A stretch of DNA of 64,000 nt from Aplysia californica (taxonomy: Eukaryota). The notes below the pieces were generated by a model, which did no database searches, was not told the origin of the DNA, and was given only the letters and a program-made list of their open reading frames with translations. Shown piece by piece: positions 25,501 to 37,500 of the stretch. Location of the stretch: the NCBI RefSeq assembly GCF_000002075.1, contig NW_004797434.1, positions 11,295 through 75,294 of the forward strand. Direction: 5' to 3'. Numbering within the stretch: position 1 is the stretch's first letter; every line of letters starts with the position of its first letter. The translations under genes were made by a program, and so were the position numbers.

Positions 25501-28500
25501 ATCTACAAAATTAGACTACCACCCTTACCCAACATGTATAAAACTAAGCAAATGTTTCCATAAATTCATTTAGAGTAATGGATATAAAGAAACAGCAGAA
25601 TTTTTAAAAAATCCAGCTGCAAGGAATTCTAACATACACCGAGGCACTACGTTCAGGGATTTTCATTTCAGTTTCCTGCTGTTTTTGGATTGACAGTGGG
25701 TTTTTAAAATAGTTTTAGTAAGAGTTTTACTGCACTTGCAACACAATAAGGATATATATGTGCCGAAGATTAGAGGTGTTACAAGAGAGTAACAAACACA
25801 GAAAAGAAGGAGGGGAGATAAAGACAACAGATGTTTGATAGGAAGGAGGAGCAGACCACACCAGAGCACCCGCCAACCACCCACTGACAGTATTTCGTTA
25901 AAGCAGACTTCGTTGTATGTTTCTATTCAAAATTATTTAGGACTTAACTGCTGATGACACAGATGAATTCAATTTCAATGCAGAGCCCATTTGTCTGAAG
26001 TCAGAGCCTTACAGTAAAAAGTCATAGATGGGCAAAGAATCAACCCAGTACATCACACTCTAAGAAAGCCTTAGAAGACTGCCAACTCTTTATCAAAGAG
26101 AGAGAGAACACAAAACAATTCCTCTTGACAAAATGTTAAAATCTTGTTGCACCAGCATCCTTTGTGTTTGAATAGTGAAATGATTTTTGTAAGCAAAACC
26201 CCTAAAATCTAAAAAGACACTGGATCATGAGGGCTCGAATAAAGAAATGGGGAAAGAAATAGAAAAAAAAAAAAAGAAAGAAAATCACCAAGTGGAGAAG
26301 TAGCTCTCGGACTTCCTAGGCCAACAGCGAGATTGGGGCTGGCACTCCTCGGGGCGGGAGAAATGTTGTCGGGAGCATCCGTGCTGACCGACAGGCCCTG
26401 CTTGAAATCCACCGGCACGGGCACTTCATGCATGGCTTGACGTAACCAGCGCTGCAAGATAGTTTAGTAAAAAGTTTTAAGGCACTTGCAACACAATAAG
26501 GTCAAATAAGCGCAGAAGATTAGGTGTTACAAGAGAGTAACAAACACAAAAAAAGAAGGATGGGAGAAAAGGACGATAGATAGATGTTTGATAGGAAAGA
26601 AGAAGCAAACCACACCAGAGTACCCACCAACCACCCCGCGCTGCAAGAGAGACCACACAGAGTAAACAACCACGTTTGTTTTGTTTTAGTAGAGGTTTTA
26701 CGGCGCTCGCAACTGCAAAAGGTCATATGAGCGCCAGAAGATAAGAGGTGTCACAAGAGATCAACAAACATAAAAAAAGAAAAAGGAGAGATAAGGACGA
26801 TAGATGTTTGATAGGAAAGAAGGAGCAAACCACACCAGAGCACCCGTCAACCACCCACACAACTACGTTTACTCCACAAACACTGGTTGTAACGGAATCA
26901 AGCCGACTTTTCCCCCCCAACATCTCATGAGATTTGCTTCAATTGCTACGCACAGACATTCTTCAAATGAACTTCTCTCTATGGAGTTCCATAAGAAGAA
27001 CGCGTTAGCTTCAAATGGTACCCACACATTAGCTTCAAACTGTATCATTATAATACTGATTAAAAAAAAAAATTCAACAGAATCCTGTAGTACATTGTGC
27101 ACTGTAATGGAAATCTGCCCAACAAAAACTAGTATAAGAGCAAGAAGAAAATCTTTTCCTTTGCCATCTAAAACAGTGACGATGAAAAACAAGGACAAAG
27201 CCACAATACCCAGTAGATATAAAATGCAGCATTCACACAAACTCAACAATCTCACGTTCTAAACAGATATCAATACAAGTCACAACATTAATCATCCAAG
27301 ATAATGCTTTTTACCACCCCTGCCTCCACAAACCTTCTTAGCAGAGCCTGCTGCATTGGCATCTGAGCCTTTACTGCAGCCTGCGCTCTGGGAGTTCCTT
27401 CTCTGCAGATGATCCATTGTGTTCACATGAGGGCTCGGTAAACATTGTACAAACATTTCTTCTTGCTTGTTCTCATCCTCATGTTTATTTGACCACTCTG
27501 TGAATAAATGCTGAAAAAAAAAAGAGAAAAAAACCGAAAAAAACCCATGAGGAATTATTATTTTTATAAAGAAGCAAAAGGTATTCATAATACAGTAGTC
27601 TCCACCTAAGATCCCGGTGCTCGGGAGCAAGGCGAACCAGGATCTTAGGCGAACCGGGATCTTAACCGACGAACCCAGGGAAGAATCTATGGTGACCCAT
27701 GTTAAGGCTCATCATCATTGCCTTTCTCCACCCTGCATCAGGGTATAGGCCACGGACAAACACCCCCCACTTTTCTCTATCCTGGGCTAGCCTCTTGTTC
27801 CCCGAGGTCTTCCCCTTGATCTCTTGCCCTGTGGGTTCCAATCCAAAACTTTCTTTGTTATGCAGCTGCCTGACTTATGTTAAGGCTCACAATCGGTAAA
27901 ATGGTCTCCCTCCACTCTACAATGAACTGACGTGCCCGCTTGGTGGGTTTATGGCATATGGCGAGCAAAGAGTGGTTAACCTTGACCTATTACGGTGCAT
28001 AGTGGAATGAAGCGTGCCATTTTGACTTATCATGCTATCATGAGTCTCAAGATCTACGCTTATCCAGTTGCCCCTCCCCTTTACCTGTCGAAAATTTATA
28101 GCTTTCCATCTCTGACCAAGCCCCCTCCCCCACAAAACCGCCTGTGTCGTTACACACCATTACGTTGTGAACACACCAATTAAAATTCAGTCCGTCTCGC
28201 AAATTCGGGAGTAGAGACAACTGCTGCAATGGTCAAGGAAGAGTTCACAGTTTGATGTGATCCCGCCTGGAGCGAATGTGTAGGCCCTACCCACCCAGCG
28301 AGTGATGCAAGTTTAGGGGGAGAGCTCAGGTGTGAGTGTGATGTTCGGGGAAAACAAACACGTCGGTCAGTTCACACCCCGGCGTGATCCCGTCTGGGGC
28401 AAACTTTGTATCGCTTCATCGAGTTTTACAACGTGTATGCGATCACATTCATGAGAGTGGCTGATCTCTGACGCGACGGACAGTTTATTGATCTCAACTT

Positions 28501-31500
28501 TTCACTCTTGGTTGATCGGCTGTGCCAGCCCGGGTTGTTTCTCAAATTATGATCTGAAATGCGGGATCTTAGCCGAATGTCAACCATCAGAGCGGAATCT
28601 TAGAGGTGACTTTTGTATAGTAAAAATTCTGTTTTCCTAAAACAATGGGATTTTAAGCGAACCGGGATCGTAAGTGGTGGGATCTTAGGTGGGGACTACT
28701 GTACTGGAACACCGAGTTTTTTAAAAAGTTCTTGCACCACAACTAGATCATATAAGTGCCAAAGATAACTGTAATCAGAGAGTAGTATACATTTTTTTTA
28801 GGCTCAGCACCCCGATCAACACAATTGGGTTATTTAAGAGGTGGGTCCTCCGAATTTAATGTCCATCTCCAGCAGGACCATGCCAAATAGGTTGAGAGCC
28901 TTGAAAGCAGCACAAAACTACTTGAGTACAAGAACACCCAGTCTAGAATTCTGACCAGGGCCATACGCTCCATAGCCTTGCAAGATATTAACTGAGCAAA
29001 CAGAGTGCCCTAAGAAGGGGGAGACATGAGGATAAATGTTTGCTACAAAGCAGCAGCACAGAAGTAAATAACACTAAAGCAACCACCAACCACCCACCTA
29101 GTACATTGAACATAAAATGAACATAAGAATTTAAGACTGAAACTATCAATAATGTAAATGTGTGACGGTGATTTAAGAGAATACTCACTAAAACGAAAGG
29201 AAAAAAGTATTTAACGGCCAGAAATCTTCAACTCGCTCTTCAACAACACCTTGAAACCATGGTCTTCATCTTGAAAAAAATTTTCTGAGCTTGTTGGATG
29301 TTATCCAAACAGACGTCAAGTAGAATAATGAGGCACAATAAATGGATATGAGAAGAACACAAAAAAAATATTTAAAAATTGTAAATTGAGACAACTACCT
29401 TTTTCGTCTTGATGAACTTGAACTCAGAGCTGTTGTCCACATCGGTAGAGGGTACAGGGGCGCTAACAGGTGTGGCGGGAACAGACGGGGTGGGTGGCAC
29501 TGACAGCGGGGTGGCTGGGAAGCTGCTGTTACTGTTGCCCTCATCCGTGGACAGAGATGCAGTATCCGACAGAACAGAGGTGCTCTGGACCCGGCTTTTC
29601 CTGTTTTTCATTGAACAAGGAAGTATGAAAATGACGAAGCTCCATCTGTTACCACCAAGTACAAAAATCAGGGATACAAACATGTGAGTCAAAAATTCCT
29701 TTCTTAAGATACAGAAAAGTTTGGGTTTTTTCTTCCATTTTTTAAAAACAGTAAGAGCAACCGAACAATTGAACAATACCTACTGCTTAAACACCCAAAA
29801 TCCAAACAAACGATTCTAAAGGCATCTTAAATTGTTCTGGAAGTAAGAGCAATGGACCAGTTAAAAGTAGAAAAAAAACATGTAGTTTTCTCCACCACCA
29901 TACCTACTTAGTGCAAGACTATACCATGTGCCATTTTGAAAAGTGACTTATGATGGAGTCTTAAACGCTGAACCGTCGCCATACCCCCGATTCACAACAT
30001 TCCAAACTTTTAACATGAACCAACACATTTCCCAGCAGACCAGATAACAACAAAAAAAAGACACCCTTACTCAACAAACCTTCTTTTTCTTTTGCCCATC
30101 CTTCTGACAACTTTCTGAGGAGACGGCTGTTCTTCCTTCACGGGCCTGGGCACCACTGGCGGCTCAGGCTGCGCTGACACCCCCGGTGGAGCCGCAGCGA
30201 CGGGCGACACACTGCCGGTGGGTGGGGACAGGACCACTGGGTCAGGCTGCTCTACCTTCACCTCTCCTTCTCCACCACTGCCGGGCCCCGGGGACTTCAT
30301 CTGTACGTCTGCTGCACCCTGCACGGGTTCCGGTTTCACTTCCGTCTCGTCGACTGGCCCATCCTGAGATCCCGTCCTCGAGTGACCGTTCCCCCCACCT
30401 TGGTTTTCACCTTCCTCTTTCTGAAATAGAATTCAATTTCAAAAATGATAACCAAAGCTATGAGCAAGAACTTTTTGAATTCTAGCATGTTCCATATTTA
30501 TTTTTTCACATCAAAAGACAAGGCGAACAGTTATATGAAAATCTGGTGGTGACAAAATGAAAGAAAGTTTCAGCATATGGGTTCAGCCCTACAAGAATAT
30601 TTTCACACTTCCTTTCCTCAAAATAGCAAAAGTTAAGACAATTACACCATCAAACAGTAGAATTATTAACTCCATGAGTTGGCACAAACCTTTTTAGACT
30701 TTGGTTCATGCCCTTTCTTAGTCACAGTGTCGCCTTTGGCAGCTGCTTCCTTGCGGCGTTCCTGTCTTTTCTCCATTTTCTCAAAAGCCTTCATAATTGC
30801 ATCAAGCTTTCTTTCTTCACGTGTCTGAAAACATTGAAAATTTATATACACAATGAATTATATCAAGCTAAAGAAAGGCAAAGTACCCCGACAAAATGAC
30901 TTAAATATGATCACATTAAAAAAGGAATACGACAAAAGAAAGCTTGACAAGCCATATTCTTTAACTTTCACTGTCTAGAAGTTGTGAAAAGTAAATTGTT
31001 TCCTTTTTCCCATTTGTTTCTCAAACTGAAACTTCTTACATAATTTGTAGACTATGAATCTCTTTTAATCTTCAAGGGATCAGCTACATAAATATCATCA
31101 ATATATGTCCAAACTTTGGATCTTTATAAAACCAGGAAGAGAATCACTTGGGAGTAAATTGTCCCAACCATGATATTTAAGGTAACTTTGTGATAATACA
31201 CAAATAGAATTTATTTATGACCCTCACTACATTAATAGGTCTAGTAAACCTGAGAGACAACAACCAGTCCCCATTTTCCACTGTCCGCTTGTACATTACA
31301 GCAGTGCTACAAAACATAAACTTGACATTACAAATACTGGGCCATCGTCAGAGGCACCTTTCTTCCCAATTTTAGTTGAAAAATAACGGGTGCCCTATTC
31401 ATGGTTCCGATTTAAGTGCTCTCTTCCTCATCAATTTTCTCAAAACTTAAAAAAAAAAAAAATTACTCAAGACGCCAACGGAATGAGGCTGACAGTATTA

Positions 31501-34500
31501 TACTAAAACCCACCATCTTCCTTGGACAGTCTGAAGCAGTGCCCGAGTCTTCTGTCTCACTGGTGGCTGTGTTTGTAGATGCTGCTGGTACTTCACTCTT
31601 GCAGTCCACTACTGTGTCTGGTTCTTCCTGACTTTGTCTGCGGGCCGACAGTCGTCTTTCTTTCTTCACTTCATTTTGGTGATGGTACGGGTGGTCTTTG
31701 TTGTCTTTCTCCTTTGTCTTGTGCTGAGGACAGAACAAGAGGGAGAATGAAATATTTCACACAGTAATCATGTTTTCCCTGAGTTGCTGAAAGCAATGTC
31801 AACGTATTGTTTTACAGACATTCAGTCGCATACTTTAATGTCTAAAGGACAGTGTTTCAAATCTTTTTTATGGCAGCATGTCTGTTCCAACTCCTAAATA
31901 AATTTCCTAATTTCAGGACACATATATAATTCTCAATACTTTTCTTGACACTAAAATGTTTACTTTAAATACTCTTTCAAGAAAGTTTGCAAACTCAAAA
32001 GAGAAAAATCAAGGGGAAAGCTTTCTCTTTGATGAGTAGTTATTACCTCTTTGTTCTTCCCTTGTTTTTCTTTTGTGTGACTCGTGGCGTTAGGTAAACT
32101 AAGTACTGGCTTCTCTTCATTTGCAGGTTCCTCCATTATTCGACTGGCTCTCCTCGAGGACACTGGTTTAGCTGGTGGTGTCAGTGGTGTTGCTGGGGGA
32201 GGCGACTTCTGTTGATTTAAAAGAAAAAAAGATGTCAGATGTCAATGACACAACTCATAACAAAAAGTTGCACGGAACAAAAAAGTAAGGCATCAGCCAG
32301 GCTGATTTTTCCTCACCTAACTCTGAGTCATAATAAATGTACGGCTTTCTAAAAATAAAGCTTAGTAGGTCTTCGATTATGGAATGGGTAACATTTTGAT
32401 AGAATCTGTATATAAATTATAGTTTATCAAATCAATGTTTAGAGCTCTTCACAATGCTCTTTTAAAAATGCATACAGCTCATATATGTAAACAAATCTAA
32501 AGTCTTCATCACAGTTTACACAATGGAAACTGGCTCTTTTTTTCCGGCATATCATGTCCTAAACTCTAGGAGCTGAAATCATGGTTTCAGATACAACCAG
32601 GGACACCACTGGGATTTTTATGAAAATAGCTGAAAAATTTATGAAGTAGCATAAATATTTACCACCAAAAAACAGCTAATCGACACACCTAAAGTGGTTA
32701 AACAAAAAACAAAGGCCGTGAATAATAATTGCTATATGTGAAAATATCAAACATAGTTTTTTTTTTAATCTGGAAAAATGGCATCCTAATACAAATCTAT
32801 GATTTTAGAAAACTTGCCTGCAATGATGAGTCTTTCACATCAAATGCTCCCATGGTGGACGCTACGTCCAGCTGACCGTCCAAGAGTGCTGAGGCGGCCA
32901 GGAGTGTAGACACGTTTGACAGTTTCACAGGGCTGCTCAGTTTTGGAGGAGGCGGAGGGCTGGATGCTGTTGAGAACTTAATCTGCAGGGCTTTTACTGG
33001 AGTAGTGTTGCCCTTGTTGGGGCTGCCCACAGGAGGGGACCGACTCGCATTCAGTTCCTCACAAGGTGTTTTCTCAATCTCCACTGTCGACTGGCGTCTT
33101 CTCTTGATACCAAGCTCTTTCTTTGCTGACCTGGGCACAAAAAAATATTTTTTTATATGACGCTGAAGTCATAAATAGATATCTGGGATCATATGACAGC
33201 AAATGCAAGTACAGTCGAAATTTTTTGAGATGGCCAACTTAATGTCCAGGAGAAATGTGGTTGTCTTAGACATGTCGATGTTTGAACAGTGACATTTAAA
33301 TTTTTTAAAAATTGTTTTTTAATCCAAGGGGAAGTGAGATGTGGGTGTTTGTGACGGTGATTGTCTTTGACAGGTGGCCGTTATGGCAGATTCAATTGTA
33401 GATGCACGTCAACACCCAACTGCTCAGGATTTCCCAAAAAGAAGGAAGTCTTACTAATAAAAAAATCTGTAAATAATTTTCTCAAATTTACGGCCTGCAG
33501 GACGATATTTTGCTGCCCCTACTTAGTATCAAAGATTACTATTAATGCAGCCAAAACGTTTCTTTTTTTTTTCTTTCATACCCACTTTTTTGCTGAAGTG
33601 TTGCCCTATTTTTACATATTTTCTCATTATTTATGGACTAGCAAAAACTATTTGGTTGTGTAAAAGTTACAGTTTCTTACAACTTTTTTTCATAGCACAT
33701 TTTATTTGAGAAAAGCAGAAAAACTACTCCCCCCCCCCCCCCCCCCATTTTTTTCAGCTTTCATTTTCATTCCCAAAAAAGAAAAAAGAAAAAAATTACA
33801 AGTTGGAAAAAGAATCATTACAATTTTATTATTGGTAAATTATGTCTTTATTATTGGTAAATTATGTCTAAATCCCTTTAAAATGTGTTCCCCATCACCT
33901 CCGTCTTTGTCTGCTCCACGCAAAATAACTATTGCTCAGAGCTTGCTCCCTATTTACAAGCATCCCATGAAAGCCTTTTCTGTCTGGATTATGCATCTGA
34001 ACCATGAACATCTGTTGAACATCAATAATCTTTTTTCAATACTCAGTACTCAGGAAAATCTAGTTTTTTGCTTTTACAATAATACACTTACTTGTGGGAA
34101 TTTTTCACTTTTTTCCAATATCTTGACACTGCACAGTTGTTCTTTATACAGGCACACTCAACACAATAGGAACTGGAAGAGAAAAAGCATTAAAAAAATT
34201 ATTATCTTGCAATATTCATACACAAAAAAGTAAGTAATCCCATTATTTTTCTGTTTTTCTGAACCGAGTTGGCCAAAATGGGAAATGCTAAACAGAACAA
34301 TACACATAAGAAAATGGGGATAAAGAAAACAAAAACTTGACTTTTACTTTGTGGTTTTACAAAGAGATAATTCACTTTTTAAACTCCGGACCTCATTCCC
34401 AAAGGCATAAATGTGAACCATGCTGACAAAATGAGTAACTTCTTGGATTCGAGCCCTATGGAAATAGGTGTACCACGCTTAAAGGTGAAGTTTTTACTAT

Positions 34501-37500
34501 TTATAAGAATGAAATAGTAAAAGGCTTTTTATACTTAGAGAACATGGCATCAATAGAAAATTTACAAATTTGATCCTAGTTTCAATTTTTGGCCAATATC
34601 TCCATCTGTGGAATGCGAGAAGTAACTCATTTTGTTAGCACGCCTCACAAATTGTTCATGGTCTACTATGATAAGTAAACTGTCGCAACCTAAAGTGGAA
34701 TTCACCCACGAAATTTTTTTCCCGCAATTCAAAACTGAAGGGCCCCGCTGCAAAAAGAAATTTTCATTACAGTCACTCAAATATTCTTTCACCAGTCTTT
34801 GATACAAATTTTCAGAAGAACAACCCGCACCCCACAAAGTAGACAAAGTTAAAACTCACCATTCTTGATAGTTGTAGTCAAAAGGTATTGTGATTTCCAC
34901 TTGACTAGAAATCTCATGCCGAGAAACAATCAAAAAGAATACCTTTCCTCCATCAAATGTGTGTTGAACCTGCAAGTAATAAAAAGCATTAACCAACATG
35001 TTATTCCTCTCGAGTCACAAGTAATGAGCAAGATTATCATACACAAATCCAGTTGCTAGTCGACATCAACATATTTACTTTATGAAACATCATTCACTAT
35101 TCAGGTCTGTCCTATGTATAATAGAAATAGACACACTTTTTTCATTTGTACAGTCATTTGATAAAACAAACAGCAAAGCATACTACATTACATGCAAGAA
35201 CGATCACCCCACATTCAAATGAAGACACTAAAAAAGAATTTACACTAGTTATTCTGAAATTGAATCAAGACTACTTTCACAAATTGAGGATCTTTTCTCA
35301 TTTCATTCACATTTTACATAAGACAGTCTAAACCTGCTTGATACCTCAGTTGATACAGGTACACTAAAACAAAACAAAAAGAAATACAAAAGAAAATTTT
35401 TAAGAAATCTAATCTCAATCCAACCTCAGAGTTTGGAGAGCATGACCTCCGGATGAAACGAGACTCATTGCCATAATTCCGAGCATCTACACATAAGTCA
35501 ACATCCAGTCTTGAATAAAACAGAACAAATGGTTGCAACCTGTAATAAATGGGGAAAAAAGAAGAGATAAATACTAAGACAAGCAACTGGTGGATAAAAA
35601 CAATAGTTGCACACAGTACAATGGGGGGGGGGGAAAGAAGAATGAATCAATATTTCAGCAGAAGGCTGCTTGACACTCAAGTATGGATTTCTTTCATCTG
35701 CTCCACAAAGCCAGATACTAAATTACAAGGGTAATTACTCTGCAAGCCTTCAGTTTTCGTATTGATCTACAAGGAAGTATCAGGCATCGTGGCCTGCTGG
35801 TGCCTTTCCTTTCTTTCATGGGAAACAAAAATCAATTTCCTCAGGCCTGAGAAAAACACAGGCAGGGGATAATGTGCATTTGCTGTAGAGAAAGAGTGAA
35901 GACACTAAAACTCTTCCCGCTTTGATATCTTCCTGCTTTGATATCTTCCTGTCTGTATTTTGTTTGATTTTCATTTCACAAGTAACTGACACTAACGAAA
36001 AGCTAATGAAACCAAAACAAAGAAAAACATATTTAATTTCTTTTAAACAGAAGAGAAAAAAAATCCCCTGTAAATCACCGGTACAAATCAATTTCTTACC
36101 CTGACCCCTCATCCATTCCATAAAAAAATTCGGAACGTACACATTTACCCAAGAAAATATATAAACTATAAAAGCTCAAAAACTTACTTTTTAAAACAAT
36201 TCACGTAAGAATGTTCCTTGTCATAGTCGTGTCTGAGCATCACTTTGCCTTTATACTCTATGATCGCCTGACCAGCAGGGATCTCTTGAGTGGCCCTCAG
36301 ACCCTGAAAGAGAAACATTTAGTTTTAGAAAAGAGTTTTACAGCACTTGCAGCATAAATTGGTCTTATTAGGCCCCCACATCACTGCAGGTGGTACTACA
36401 GAGTTACATACAGAGAAAATGAGGAGGAAAGATAAGGACGACAGATGTTTGATACAAAATAAGGAGCATACCACACTAGAAAACCCGCCAACCATCCACG
36501 AAAAAAGAAAAACTGTTCACTACCTTGGACTTAGAACCAAAGGTAACAGTACATTTGAAAAAGAGATAGAGACAAACTCGAGTGCAGATCCACATCTTGG
36601 AATACAAATATCATCCCAGCCCACCATCAGGTACACACGTAACAGACTCCAGTACCCGTCAACATGATCTACTTTTACTCACACCTCACTGTACATTTTT
36701 TGTTTGTTTTTAAAACAATTAACCCATTATGAGTATATACAGCTCCACTCTTACAAACTGACATTGCATCCCAAAGATCACAACAGAGGAAAACCAATAT
36801 AATATTCAGCTCTGAGAGCAAACAACCATTATGATCTCCTATTAGAATTATGAGGAAAACAGTTGTGTAAGCTTGAGATATTACTGTCTCATATTTTTAC
36901 TATGCAAAAGAACGATTTAAGCCAAGAACATACCTAGAATAACTTCAGAAAAATAATACCATAAGAGTCATGACGTGGCAGAATCAGGCGCTCGTCAATT
37001 TTTGGGCACATAGGGTTATTGGTACCATCTTAAAGCCTGTTCATTTGCCTTCCTTTTGGTGAAAAAAAATACCCATCTACCTTTAATAGAAGTAGGGACA
37101 TTTGCGATTGAAGGAAGTTAGAAGCGCCTGGTTTCAAAGGCAAAATTAGTGAGAAAATGGCTGCCAAAGTTTGGTAACTTCCATAGCCTGAGAGTCCTTG
37201 AAACCTGAAAATTTACATTTTTTGTGCCCTTAATTGTCTTTCAGTAAAATCCACACCAAAATGTGTTTTTCAATGGACATAAATGGTGTTGAGCCCAAAA
37301 AAAGAAAACAAGAAAAAAAAAATGGCCATCGGCCAAATAAAATGCCAATATCTGTGATTTCATAATTTTGACGAGCGCTAGAGTTCTCCACGATGCCTCA
37401 CATGTGGTAATCTAAAATAAGGAGTTAACAGAACTTGTAGAAGTCCTGTTTTAAAATACCCAAACAGTTCAAATAGACAAAGAAAACTTACATTACAGTC

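Noticed and set aside
16725-26648. Sequence-specific targeting of TGCAAGA by the short retro-element
   Set aside because: Two TSDs contain it, but the other copies have unrelated TSDs; too few cases.
33706-34233. 175-aa ORF on +
   Set aside because: Low-complexity intronic sequence antisense to KMT2E exon 12; no ATG context or recognisable homology.
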